A stretch of 31,072 nt of DNA, from the IMG/VR virus record IMGVR_UViG_3300044854_000040, positions 1 to 31,072 of that record; one strand, given 5' to 3'. A program made the position numbers and the translations under genes. The first letter of the stretch is position 1. The number at the start of each line of letters is the position of its first letter. This document shows, piece by piece, positions 7,546 to 15,664 of this stretch. The DNA is from a virus. Its lineage: Duplodnaviria; Caudoviricetes. Below the pieces are notes generated by a model. It was not told the DNA's origin, searched no databases, and saw only the letters and a list, made by a program, of their open reading frames with translations.

Positions 7546-7949
7546 TTCTTCGCGATGTATACAGCTACTACAACGAGGGGGCGGATCATTTGCTTTATCA
7601 GCTTCTTGGGGAACGTACGCAGGACCAATCCATCTCGCATAAGAAAATGCCGACGATGGAGGAGCATCGCGCGTTTATTAAATCGCATCCTTACAAAAAA
7701 TGGTGGCTGTTGTATGCCCCGGATGTTGGTTACGTTGGTTCTATTTACATATCGAAGCAACGTGAAGTAGGGATAGCTATTTTCCAGAAGTACCAGAAAA
7801 AGGGATACGGTAAAGAAGCGTTGGAACTACTCAGGCAGAAGTTTCCAGGTAAGTTAGTAGCGAATATTAATCCGAAAAACGAACAGTCAAAGCGCTTTTT
7901 CGAAAGCGAGGGCTTCACTTTAAGGCAGCATACATATGTTTACGAATAA
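7542..7949 (+). CDS. GNAT N-acetyltransferase, PseH-like
   Basis: EEH..F motif, acetyl-CoA motif YQKKGYGK, N..S..FFE..GF, and position directly before pseI. Confidence 0.8.
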   Translation: MILRDVYSYYNEGADHLLYQLLGERTQDQSISHKKMPTMEEHRAFIKSHPYKKWWLLYAPDVGYVGSIYISKQREVGIAIFQKYQKKGYGKEALELLRQKFPGKLVANINPKNEQSKRFFESEGFTLRQHTYVYE

Positions 7950-8934
7950 ACCATTCATAGTAGCGGAAATGTCAGCTAACCATCTCGGTTCATTAGATCG
8001 AGCACTGAAGATTTGTAAAGCAGCGAAGGAAGCCGGAGCAGACGCGGTGAAACTTCAAACATTCACACCTAGTCGAATGGTAGGTAAGCCTGAGTACATT
8101 ATCCCTAATGGGCCATGGGCCGGTCGAGCGTTGATCGATTTGTACGATGAGGCACATACGCCGCGCGCGTGGCATAAGCAGCTTTTCGATTATTGCAAGG
8201 AATTAGGAATTGTTTGTTTCTCCACACCGTTTCATCCTGACGATGTGGACTTTCTTGAAACACTCAATTGCCCGATTTACAAGATTTCGAGTTTTGATAT
8301 TGAAGATAGGGAACTGATTGAGCGTTGCGTAAGGACGGGCAAGCCGATTATTCTTTCCACTGGTATGGCGACGAAAGAACAGATACGTCGAGCCATCAGT
8401 TGGTGCGAGCATGCCCACACCTTAACGATTTTGAAATGCACAAGTGCTTACCCCGCAGCTATCGAAGACGCTCATCTGCAAACGCTTTTCGATATGAGTT
8501 ATGAGGCTAGTAGGTTCGGTGTTTCGGACCATACCCTCGGGTATTTAATTCCGATCATGGCGACGGCCATGGGCGCTACGGTTATTGAGAAGCATCTCAC
8601 GTTGAGTCGGGGGGATGGAGGCCCGGACGCCGCGTTTTCTATGAACCCGGAAGAGTTCGGGCAGATGGTAACAGTATGTCGCGCAGCTAAAGCCGCTTTA
8701 GGTAGAGTGGTTTATGGTCCTGGTGAAAGCGAGCGCGAAAGTGTTGAACTGCGCAAGTCTTTATTTTTCAACCGAGCGCTTCGTGAAGGAACTGTGATCG
8801 AGAGGGAGCACTTGAAGATAGCGCGGCCGGCTTTGGGTCTTTCACCGGTTAAGCTCAAGGAAGTATTAGGCAAAAAGCTAGCATATTTCGTACTCGCAGG
8901 AGATCCTGTTACCGATGACTCCTTCTATCACTAA
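7936..8934 (+). CDS. pseI: Pseudaminic acid synthase (NeuB family, with C-terminal SAF domain)
   Basis: AEMSANHLG, GADAVKLQT, AHTP..WH, FSTPF, YKISS, KPIILSTGMA, KCTSAYP, GVSDHT and IEKH.TL. Confidence 0.92.
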   Translation: MFTNKPFIVAEMSANHLGSLDRALKICKAAKEAGADAVKLQTFTPSRMVGKPEYIIPNGPWAGRALIDLYDEAHTPRAWHKQLFDYCKELGIVCFSTPFHPDDVDFLETLNCPIYKISSFDIEDRELIERCVRTGKPIILSTGMATKEQIRRAISWCEHAHTLTILKCTSAYPAAIEDAHLQTLFDMSYEASRFGVSDHTLGYLIPIMATAMGATVIEKHLTLSRGDGGPDAAFSMNPEEFGQMVTVCRAAKAALGRVVYGPGESERESVELRKSLFFNRALREGTVIEREHLKIARPALGLSPVKLKEVLGKKLAYFVLAGDPVTDDSFYH

Positions 8935-9148
8935 GTTGAGTGTGTGGGGCCTCATGATGGACGAGCTTGAAGAGCGCGGCTACAAGGTCGCCCAACTTAG
9001 TCGTGATGTCAACAAGACACCTCGTACCGTGTGGAACTGGCGGTACGGATACACAGAGCCTTCTTACACACAAGCTTGCATTTTCCTCAGGGCCTATCGC
9101 TCGATCGTCGGCTCTACAGAACGGAAATATATTTCCGAAAATCCTTGA
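8915..9148 (+). CDS. XRE/Cro-like helix-turn-helix protein
   Basis: VAQLSRDVNKTPRTVWNWRYG.TEP pattern; alternative start at ATG 8954. Confidence 0.7.
   Translation: MTPSITKLSVWGLMMDELEERGYKVAQLSRDVNKTPRTVWNWRYGYTEPSYTQACIFLRAYRSIVGSTERKYISENP
9122..9141. promoter_or_regulatory. Perfect 16-bp palindrome CGGAAATATATTTCCG / 18-bp motif copy 2 (candidate operator)
   Basis: Self-complementary 9122-9137, at the 3' end of the HTH gene and about 55 nt upstream of TerS. Confidence 0.6.
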
Positions 9149-9192
9149 TTTCTTCCTTCCTGGTTTAGTATGTCGTTATTTGCTCGGTAAAA

Positions 9193-9750
9193 ATGAGTGA
9201 AGCTGACGACGATGACGTTCCGATCAAAGGCAAGTTCAGGCCGGAGATGGTCCAGCAAGCCTATAAGCTTTATTTGCTTGGGCGCACCGATGAGCAGGTC
9301 GCAGACTTCTTTGGGGTAAAGAGGGACGCTATTTACGTTTGGGTTAGAAATAGACCTGAGTTTAGGGAGGCGCGTAAAGAAGGTAGGGTAGCGGCGGACG
9401 CTAATGTGGCCTCAAGCACTTACGATAATTGCCATGATAGGAAGATCAAGGTCAAGAAAAAGAAGTGGCTGAATACGAAAGACGGACCTTGCGAAGTAGA
9501 AGAAGAAGAAGAAGTGTTTGTGAGGGCGGATTCAAGAGCGCAGCAGTTTTGGATGCAGAATCGCCACCCTGAATTATGGAACAAGCAAGCTCAAGCGAGT
9601 CTTGAGAAAGAAGTAAAGCATGAAGAGAATCTTATCGAGCTGGCTAAGTTTATGTGTTTCACAATAGCCAAGGCTTCGAAAGAAGTAACGATTGAGCCGA
9701 GTAAAGAACCTATCGTCATTGAGCAAAAGAAAGAAGGGGAAGAAGAATGA
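9193..9750 (+). CDS. terS: Terminase small subunit
   Basis: L.G.TD.QVADFFGV....IY.W....PEF.EA...GR..ADA.VA.S HTH and D..AQ.FW..NR.PE.W motifs. Confidence 0.8.
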   Translation: MSEADDDDVPIKGKFRPEMVQQAYKLYLLGRTDEQVADFFGVKRDAIYVWVRNRPEFREARKEGRVAADANVASSTYDNCHDRKIKVKKKKWLNTKDGPCEVEEEEEVFVRADSRAQQFWMQNRHPELWNKQAQASLEKEVKHEENLIELAKFMCFTIAKASKEVTIEPSKEPIVIEQKKEGEEE

Positions 9751-10028
9751 GCATCGAGCAAGAGATCACGGATTTGACGGCGGAAAATACGAGCCTTGAG
9801 GCAAAGTTGCTGCATGGGCGCGTCGTTCTTCAAGCATTGCAAAGAGCACTCAGCACGGATTTTCTTGATACGTTAAAGCTCGTAATTGAGGAAGGCTATT
9901 TGTCCGAACTTATTCAGCGGCTAGGCTACAGCCAGGAGTTGAAAGATAAAGCCGCTGAATTGACGACCGTGGCGACAGCTCCCGCGTCGGTTGAAACTGA
10001 AGTTGTCGCAGCCTCAGTGGCGCAATAA
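9747..10028 (+). CDS. Hypothetical coiled-coil protein
   Basis: ORF track; overlaps neighbours by ATGA and TAATG. Confidence 0.7.
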   Translation: MSIEQEITDLTAENTSLEAKLLHGRVVLQALQRALSTDFLDTLKLVIEEGYLSELIQRLGYSQELKDKAAELTTVATAPASVETEVVAASVAQ

Positions 10029-11173
10029 TGGCTCTCGTTCCCGCTCTTGCGCCGGATACGCATTGGCCCCCACGTCCGTATTACGTACGTAATCTTACAA
10101 CTGCGGGTAATCCAACGGCTATAGCTGCGTCCGGCGATAAGATAGCGCACATGGGGCGTGTCTATAACAAAGATTTAGCTACGAAGAATATCAGCAGCAT
10201 TTCGTTTCGAACAGGCGCAGTAACTTTTAACGTGGCAAGTGTTTTAACGGTTTCCTTGCAGAATCTTTCGGCTACTGGCGTTCCAATGCGCGTTTCAGAA
10301 TCAGTGCTACAAAGTGGAACGCTTACCGGCGTTGCGCTGGTAGCGAATTCGTGGAATACGGTTACATTAGGAAGCAATCTTACCGGTGTTACGTTAGGGC
10401 AGGCGTTGGGCGTCTGTTTTGATATAACAACCTTCAATGCAAGTGATTCTGTTTTGATTGCGTCTTGGCGCAATGCCGATAATACCCAAGAAGGTTCATT
10501 AGGAGTTTCAAAGAAAACTACAGGTACGTGGGCTTCCGCAAATTCCTTTCCGAATATAGTTTTTGGTTTTGATGATGGTACGTTCGGAACGTTTTTCGCT
10601 TCTCTACCTATAAGTACTGCGCCCGCTACGGCGGCGTTTTATACGGGGTCTTCTCCTAACGAATACGGAATGCAGTTTACAGCTCCTTTCAGTTGCAAGG
10701 TAGTTGGTGCGTGGGCGCAAATACAGCATACGACATCAGCGGCCATAGGAACGCTGTCACTTTACGATTCCAATTCAAATTCGTTAGCTTCTGCAGCTAT
10801 AGGCACAGGAGATTTAAATGTTACTGGTAGTCCTGAAGCAAAGTTCCTGATATTCGGTAGCGAGGTAACGCTGATCAAGGGCAATATTTACTATCTTGGA
10901 TTGGCAGCGGGGGGAGCTACGACGTCAGGTGATACCATGCTGCTTTGGGATTATACATTAGGTTCAGCAGCGCATTTTCAGGCGCATTCAAATGCGGATA
11001 CTTGCTACCTAGTAAGCAGAACCAATACAGGAGCGTGGTCTACTACCACTACCGCGCGGCCGATGATGGGGGTAATAATTTCGAGGCTTGATGACGGTAA
11101 CGGGGCGTCTGGTGGGGCAAGTGGGTCCGGGGCCGGGTTTTACAATAAGTACGATGCGCTCAATCGTTTTTAG
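10028..11173 (+). CDS. Ser/Thr/Gly/Ala-rich beta-type protein, putative virion surface protein
   Basis: 381-aa ORF whose composition resembles beta-sandwich virion appendages. Function inferred. Confidence 0.6.
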   Translation: MALVPALAPDTHWPPRPYYVRNLTTAGNPTAIAASGDKIAHMGRVYNKDLATKNISSISFRTGAVTFNVASVLTVSLQNLSATGVPMRVSESVLQSGTLTGVALVANSWNTVTLGSNLTGVTLGQALGVCFDITTFNASDSVLIASWRNADNTQEGSLGVSKKTTGTWASANSFPNIVFGFDDGTFGTFFASLPISTAPATAAFYTGSSPNEYGMQFTAPFSCKVVGAWAQIQHTTSAAIGTLSLYDSNSNSLASAAIGTGDLNVTGSPEAKFLIFGSEVTLIKGNIYYLGLAAGGATTSGDTMLLWDYTLGSAAHFQAHSNADTCYLVSRTNTGAWSTTTTARPMMGVIISRLDDGNGASGGASGSGAGFYNKYDALNRF

Positions 11174-11184
11174 GAAAAGTAAAT

Positions 11185-11394
11185 ATGGCCAAGTTAACGG
11201 CAGAATCCAGGAAGAAGATACCAGCGAAGAAATTTGCATTGCCGGAACAGCGGAAGTATCCGGTAGAAGATAAGGCGCACGCAGCTAATGCTAAAGCGCG
11301 GGCGTCGCAGCAATATAACAAAGGGGGTATTTCAAGTTCCACAAAGAACAAGATCTTCGCAGCGGCGAATACGGTGTTAGGAAAGAGGAAGTAA
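11185..11394 (+). CDS. Small basic phage protein (KFALP..RKYP..DK.HA.NA.AR motif)
   Basis: AGGA RBS; motif recurrent in phage head-region genes. Confidence 0.75.
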   Translation: MAKLTAESRKKIPAKKFALPEQRKYPVEDKAHAANAKARASQQYNKGGISSSTKNKIFAAANTVLGKRK

Positions 11395-11493
11395 ATGTTT
11401 TCCGAGGGCGGCGGAGTAGGCGCCGGGGGCATGAACCAAAAAGGGGGCCTTGGTCGTGGCGGGATGGGCCGAGGGTCATTAGGAGGGGGTTAG
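11395..11493 (+). CDS. Gly-rich micro-ORF (32 aa)
   Basis: MFSEGGGVGAGGMNQKGGLGRGGMGRGSLGGG*; ATG immediately follows the upstream TAA; GAGGA RBS. Confidence 0.45.
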   Translation: MFSEGGGVGAGGMNQKGGLGRGGMGRGSLGGG

Positions 11494-11502
11494 GAGAAGG
11501 TT

Positions 11503-11859
11503 ATGAGACCAGTTGGCGTTTTACATCCCACAGATGGGATACCAGTTCCGGCGGATACGGTTAACACGTTGTTGATTGCGAACAGCAGTGGTCAGGCTCT
11601 TGATTGGCCGACGAACACGCAGATAGTGCGATTGAGCGGGTGGACAACTGCAGGCGCGAGCTTGAACTTCATGGTGAACATGTTTAGTACTCAGTGCGCA
11701 GTACCTGCGAGTGGGTCTAGCTCAGCAACGGCTGCTAGTTCAGGCGTCAATATACCGGTTAATGCGGTTGGATCATTCCAAGTACCAGGAGTCTCTACAG
11801 GGTATTCAATAGCGTCTCTGTCCTGTGGGTACATCATGGCTGAGTGTTGGAGAAAGTAG
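11503..11859 (+). CDS. Ser/Thr-rich putative virion protein
   Basis: AGGAG RBS; about 22% Ser+Thr by hand count. Confidence 0.75.
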   Translation: MRPVGVLHPTDGIPVPADTVNTLLIANSSGQALDWPTNTQIVRLSGWTTAGASLNFMVNMFSTQCAVPASGSSSATAASSGVNIPVNAVGSFQVPGVSTGYSIASLSCGYIMAECWRK

Positions 11860-11933
11860 GAGGACCGTGCCGGCCCGGTAGACCGGTCCTTCGCAGCAGC
11901 TTTTAAGCGAGCAACTACAAAGAGGGAAATGAA

Positions 11934-12371
11934 ATGGCCTACAGTTTGACGCAGTTACGCAATTTAATTATGACAAGTATCTACGGACGTCGGCTCGGTC
12001 TGGATGTTAACGAAAACATCATTGGACCAAAAGTTTTAAAGCGACCAGTAGCGGCTGGGACTTCCGACACTACCGGAACCAACTTACCCAATTACGGGTA
12101 CAGCAGCGTTGTGACAACTACGGATGATACTTGGGTGTTGGATAACCCATACGTCGGCGCTGAGGTTACGCTAATGACCGGATCATCTTCTACAGGCATT
12201 CACAGTATTAATCTCGGGGGCTCTTTAGCGTACAGCACTCAAGGTATTGCGGGTTCTACTGTTGTACTTAGCGGTATGGGGGCTTCGATAACACTGCTCG
12301 GGATTAGTACGGCTCTTTGGCAAGTTATCGGTCGGTCTGGTTCGTCGGCCAGTAACTATGTTTCTTCGTAA
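11934..12371 (+). CDS. Ser/Thr-rich putative virion (decoration) protein
   Basis: GAGGG RBS; about 26% Ser+Thr by hand count. Confidence 0.75.
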   Translation: MAYSLTQLRNLIMTSIYGRRLGLDVNENIIGPKVLKRPVAAGTSDTTGTNLPNYGYSSVVTTTDDTWVLDNPYVGAEVTLMTGSSSTGIHSINLGGSLAYSTQGIAGSTVVLSGMGASITLLGISTALWQVIGRSGSSASNYVSS

Positions 12372-12394
12372 GAAGACCTGGAGGAGGAATTCTT

Positions 12395-13288
12395 ATGCTG
12401 AACACGACACGAAAGAAAATAGCGTTAGTTGGGAGCGCTCCGTCTTCATTACGGTTGGCACCTTTTGATAATCCTGAGTGGTTTATCTTCGGAGTTAGCC
12501 CAGGTGCATATGGTGCCGCGGGTAATCGGGCGCATGCTTGGATGGAGAATCACAGATGGGAACCGCAAGTACCGGGTGTGCTGGGAACAGGACAACCCTG
12601 GTTCTCTCCGGAATACGTTGAGTATCTGACAAGGTTTGCGGGCGATGTCTGGATGTCGGAACCACTTCCAGCGGAAATACCCCACGCGAGAGCTTTACCA
12701 GTTGGTACTTTAATCGAGAAGTATGGCCCCTACTTTTTCACTTCCTCTCTGTCCTGGATGTTTGCTATGGCGTTGGAGACGCCGGGGGTAGAGGAGATTG
12801 GTTTGTGGGGTGTGGATATGGCGGCTACTGAGGAGTGGAATCAACAGCGGCCAGGATGCCAATACTTCATTACACTGGCAGCGCAACGTGGTATTAAGGT
12901 AACAGTTCCTCCTGAATCAGATCTACTTCAGCCAGCTTACTTCTACGGTGTAAGCGAAAACTCGCCGATGATGATTAAGCTAACAGCGCGTAGGCATGAG
13001 TTGCAGCAGAGGTTAAACGCCGCCGATGCTCGGGCGTCTCAAGCGAGAGATGAGGGGATGTTTCTCCGTGGGGCCATAGATGATATCAACTACATGGTCA
13101 ACACTTGGGTTTCGTTTCAATCATTCGTTGAGCCAAAGATGGGGGCGACCGGTAACGAGGTAAGAGCGAAAAATTTTGAACCGGAGCACAAGCATGCTTG
13201 TGAGCAAGCGGTACGTGTAGGGAATGATCCTGAAAAGTACATGAAAAGCGGGCTCGCATACATTAATGAAGCAGCGAAATATTTTTGA
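12395..13288 (+). CDS. Putative CMP-nonulosonate glycosyltransferase (CstII/GT42- or Maf-like fold) with C-terminal coiled coil
   Basis: KKIALVGSAPS and TSSLSWMFAMALETPGVEEIGLWGVDM parallel the CstII/Maf motifs (KKVIIAGNGPS; TS..M.A.A.ALG.KEIYL.GID, recalled from memory). GGAGGAGG RBS. Confidence 0.6.
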   Translation: MLNTTRKKIALVGSAPSSLRLAPFDNPEWFIFGVSPGAYGAAGNRAHAWMENHRWEPQVPGVLGTGQPWFSPEYVEYLTRFAGDVWMSEPLPAEIPHARALPVGTLIEKYGPYFFTSSLSWMFAMALETPGVEEIGLWGVDMAATEEWNQQRPGCQYFITLAAQRGIKVTVPPESDLLQPAYFYGVSENSPMMIKLTARRHELQQRLNAADARASQARDEGMFLRGAIDDINYMVNTWVSFQSFVEPKMGATGNEVRAKNFEPEHKHACEQAVRVGNDPEKYMKSGLAYINEAAKYF

Positions 13289-14883
13289 TGAGTCTTCTTG
13301 ATGAAATGATGCTAAAGCTAGCTGCTCTGCCACCTGAGCAGTTAGCCGCGCTTACCCAGAAGATAGGGGATGCGCAGCGTTATCAAAAGAAGAAATGGGT
13401 TCCGAATCCCGGTCCACAAACCGAAGCGTATTTGTCCGAAGCTGATGAAGTATTTTACGGGGGGTCTGCCGGTGGAGGTAAATCTGATTTGTGCCTTGGG
13501 CTCGCACTTAACGAACATGAACGTACCCTTTACTTGCGTGAGTACCTGGATGACGCCCGAGCAATGGCTGAACGAATGTTGGAAGTCGTTGGAAACCGGG
13601 AAGGATACAACGGACAGCTCTTACATTACCGAACAAAAGAACGAACCATAGATTTCGGAGGTTGCCGTAATGACGCAGAAAAACAACGGTATAAAGGAAA
13701 ACCTCACGATCTTATCGTATTCGATGAAGTGTCAGACTTCTTGGAATCAGTCTATACGTTTGTCATTACATGGAACAGATCTACAACTCCCGGTCAGCGT
13801 TGCCGTATTGTCGCCGCTGGGAATCCGCCCACTAGACCAGAAGGATTGTGGGTCATACGAAGATGGGCACCTTGGTTGGACCCAAGACACCATAATCCGG
13901 CGAAGCCAGGTGAACTCAGATGGTTTCTTCGAGACAAAGACGATAACGACTTGGAGGTTGACGGACGAGGACCCTTCCTAGTTGACGGCAAACCTACCTA
14001 CGCTCGGTCGCGCACGTTCATTCGAGCGAAGCTGGAAGACAATCCTTATCTGACAGTGAATAACGATTATGCGTCAAACCTTGATGCACTGCCGGCCGTC
14101 TTGCGTGCGGCGTATCGGGATGGTTTGTTTGACGCGAGTCTTCGGGATTCGCCTAATCAAACGATACCGACGACGTTTGTCAGGGAAGCGCAAGCACGGT
14201 GGACAAGTGTTCCGCCTTCTGAAGTACCGATGTGCGCCATTGGTGTAGATCCTTCGGGCGGCGGCGATGATCCAATGGTGCTTGCTCCGCGTTTCGATGG
14301 GTGGTATGCCCCTCTTGTTTCCATACCAGGAAAGAAGATCGACAAGATTAAATCAGGGGCGAGTGGCGCGGCGATTGTTATACAACATCGTAGAGACAAA
14401 GCGCTTATCGTGCTCGATATGGGAGGCGGATACGGCGCAGGGATTTACGAGCATTTGCACGACAACTCGGTTGAGATATCGATTTTCAAAGGTGCAGAGT
14501 CTACTTCGCGTCGTGGTTGTGAAGGCAAAATGAAATTCGTTAACAAGCGTTCCGCCGCTTATTGGTTGTTCAGGGAAGCGCTTGACCCCGGTCAACCGAA
14601 TGGTTCCCCTATTCAACTTCCGGATGATCCCGAGTTAACGGCGGATTTAACGGCACCTGAGTTCAAGGTGACGCCGCATGGTATTCAGGTTGAGCGTAAG
14701 GAAGATGTCGTTGAGCGTCTCGGCCGTTCGCCGGATAAAGGCGACGCTGTGGTCATGGCGTGGTTTGAAGGACCGAAGAATATCACGCACGCGATGGAGT
14801 GGTTGGAAAATGGTGGTAAGAATCGTACGCCTAAAGTGATCACGAAGCGTCAGGCGTTAACGGCGAGATACGGGAAAGACTGA
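13285..14883 (+). CDS. terL: Terminase large subunit
   Basis: Walker A YGGSAGGGKS, Walker B LIVFDEV, AGNPP, nuclease IGVDP..GGDD and RSPDKGDAVVMA. Confidence 0.93.
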   Translation: MMSLLDEMMLKLAALPPEQLAALTQKIGDAQRYQKKKWVPNPGPQTEAYLSEADEVFYGGSAGGGKSDLCLGLALNEHERTLYLREYLDDARAMAERMLEVVGNREGYNGQLLHYRTKERTIDFGGCRNDAEKQRYKGKPHDLIVFDEVSDFLESVYTFVITWNRSTTPGQRCRIVAAGNPPTRPEGLWVIRRWAPWLDPRHHNPAKPGELRWFLRDKDDNDLEVDGRGPFLVDGKPTYARSRTFIRAKLEDNPYLTVNNDYASNLDALPAVLRAAYRDGLFDASLRDSPNQTIPTTFVREAQARWTSVPPSEVPMCAIGVDPSGGGDDPMVLAPRFDGWYAPLVSIPGKKIDKIKSGASGAAIVIQHRRDKALIVLDMGGGYGAGIYEHLHDNSVEISIFKGAESTSRRGCEGKMKFVNKRSAAYWLFREALDPGQPNGSPIQLPDDPELTADLTAPEFKVTPHGIQVERKEDVVERLGRSPDKGDAVVMAWFEGPKNITHAMEWLENGGKNRTPKVITKRQALTARYGKD

Positions 14884-15350
14884 TGATTACCGTACAAAGA
14901 GAAAAATTCAGCGATGTCTACGAAGAATCGAAAGCCCTTTTAGAAGAGCATTGGTCCGAGATATCCAGCTTTTCAGACATAAAGCTAAACGTCGATCATG
15001 CTCTATATAGCTGCGCAGAAGAAAAAGGAATACTCCGGGTTTTCACTATTAGAGACGACAGTGTTTTAGTTGGTTACCTAGCGACGTTTGTAAGAGGGCA
15101 CATCCATTACAAGGAGAGTCTTCAATCTTTTGTCGATGTTGTGTTTCTAAAAGAAGAGTATCGAAATGCCGGAACCGGAAAGAAGCTGATAGATTTCGTT
15201 GATAACAGTTTGAAAGCCGAAGGGGTACAGATTAACCAGCATCATGTAAAGATCAAACATCCAGCTTTAGGTAAATTGCTTGAACATTTAGGTTATGAAA
15301 CGGTGGAGACAACTTACGTAAGGAGATTAGACAAATGGCCGGGTCAGTGA
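14883..15350 (+). CDS. GNAT-family acetyltransferase
   Basis: DVVFLKEEYRNAGTGKKLI acetyl-CoA motif and LLEHLGY. Confidence 0.8.
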   Translation: MITVQREKFSDVYEESKALLEEHWSEISSFSDIKLNVDHALYSCAEEKGILRVFTIRDDSVLVGYLATFVRGHIHYKESLQSFVDVVFLKEEYRNAGTGKKLIDFVDNSLKAEGVQINQHHVKIKHPALGKLLEHLGYETVETTYVRRLDKWPGQ

Positions 15351-15664
15351 TAGCGGCGGTTATAACGGCGGTAGCGGCTAGCGATAGCGCGCGCTATCAA
15401 TCAAACACCCAAAGAGATATGCAGAAGCGTGCGTTGGATCAGCAAAATGCTTTGGCTCAACAGCAGCAAGCGCAAACAGGGCAGACGGATCAAACAGGAA
15501 CTAATCCGAATGTAGCCGCTACTTCTACACCAACAATGCCAACCCCGGACGCTCAAGCCGTGACGCAGGCGAAGCAGCAGTCCATCGCTGCGCAGGTTGC
15601 AAGGCGCGGTAGAGCGAGCACGATCCTTACCAATCCTAATCCGCCTTCGGAAACACTAGGATGA
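15335..15664 (+). CDS. Small Gln/Ala-rich pre-portal virion protein
   Basis: C-terminal RRGRASTILT...TLG motif typical of the gene before BPP-1-like portals. Confidence 0.7.
   Translation: MAGSVIAAVITAVAASDSARYQSNTQRDMQKRALDQQNALAQQQQAQTGQTDQTGTNPNVAATSTPTMPTPDAQAVTQAKQQSIAAQVARRGRASTILTNPNPPSETLG

Noticed and set aside
1877-8934. Host LPS/flagellar glycosylation locus flanking a prophage
   Set aside because: The genes are shortened, interleaved with phage-style micro-ORFs, coupled through to the HTH gene before terS, and flanked by phage genes on both sides. No att site or integrase is seen. A chimera cannot be formally excluded without reads.
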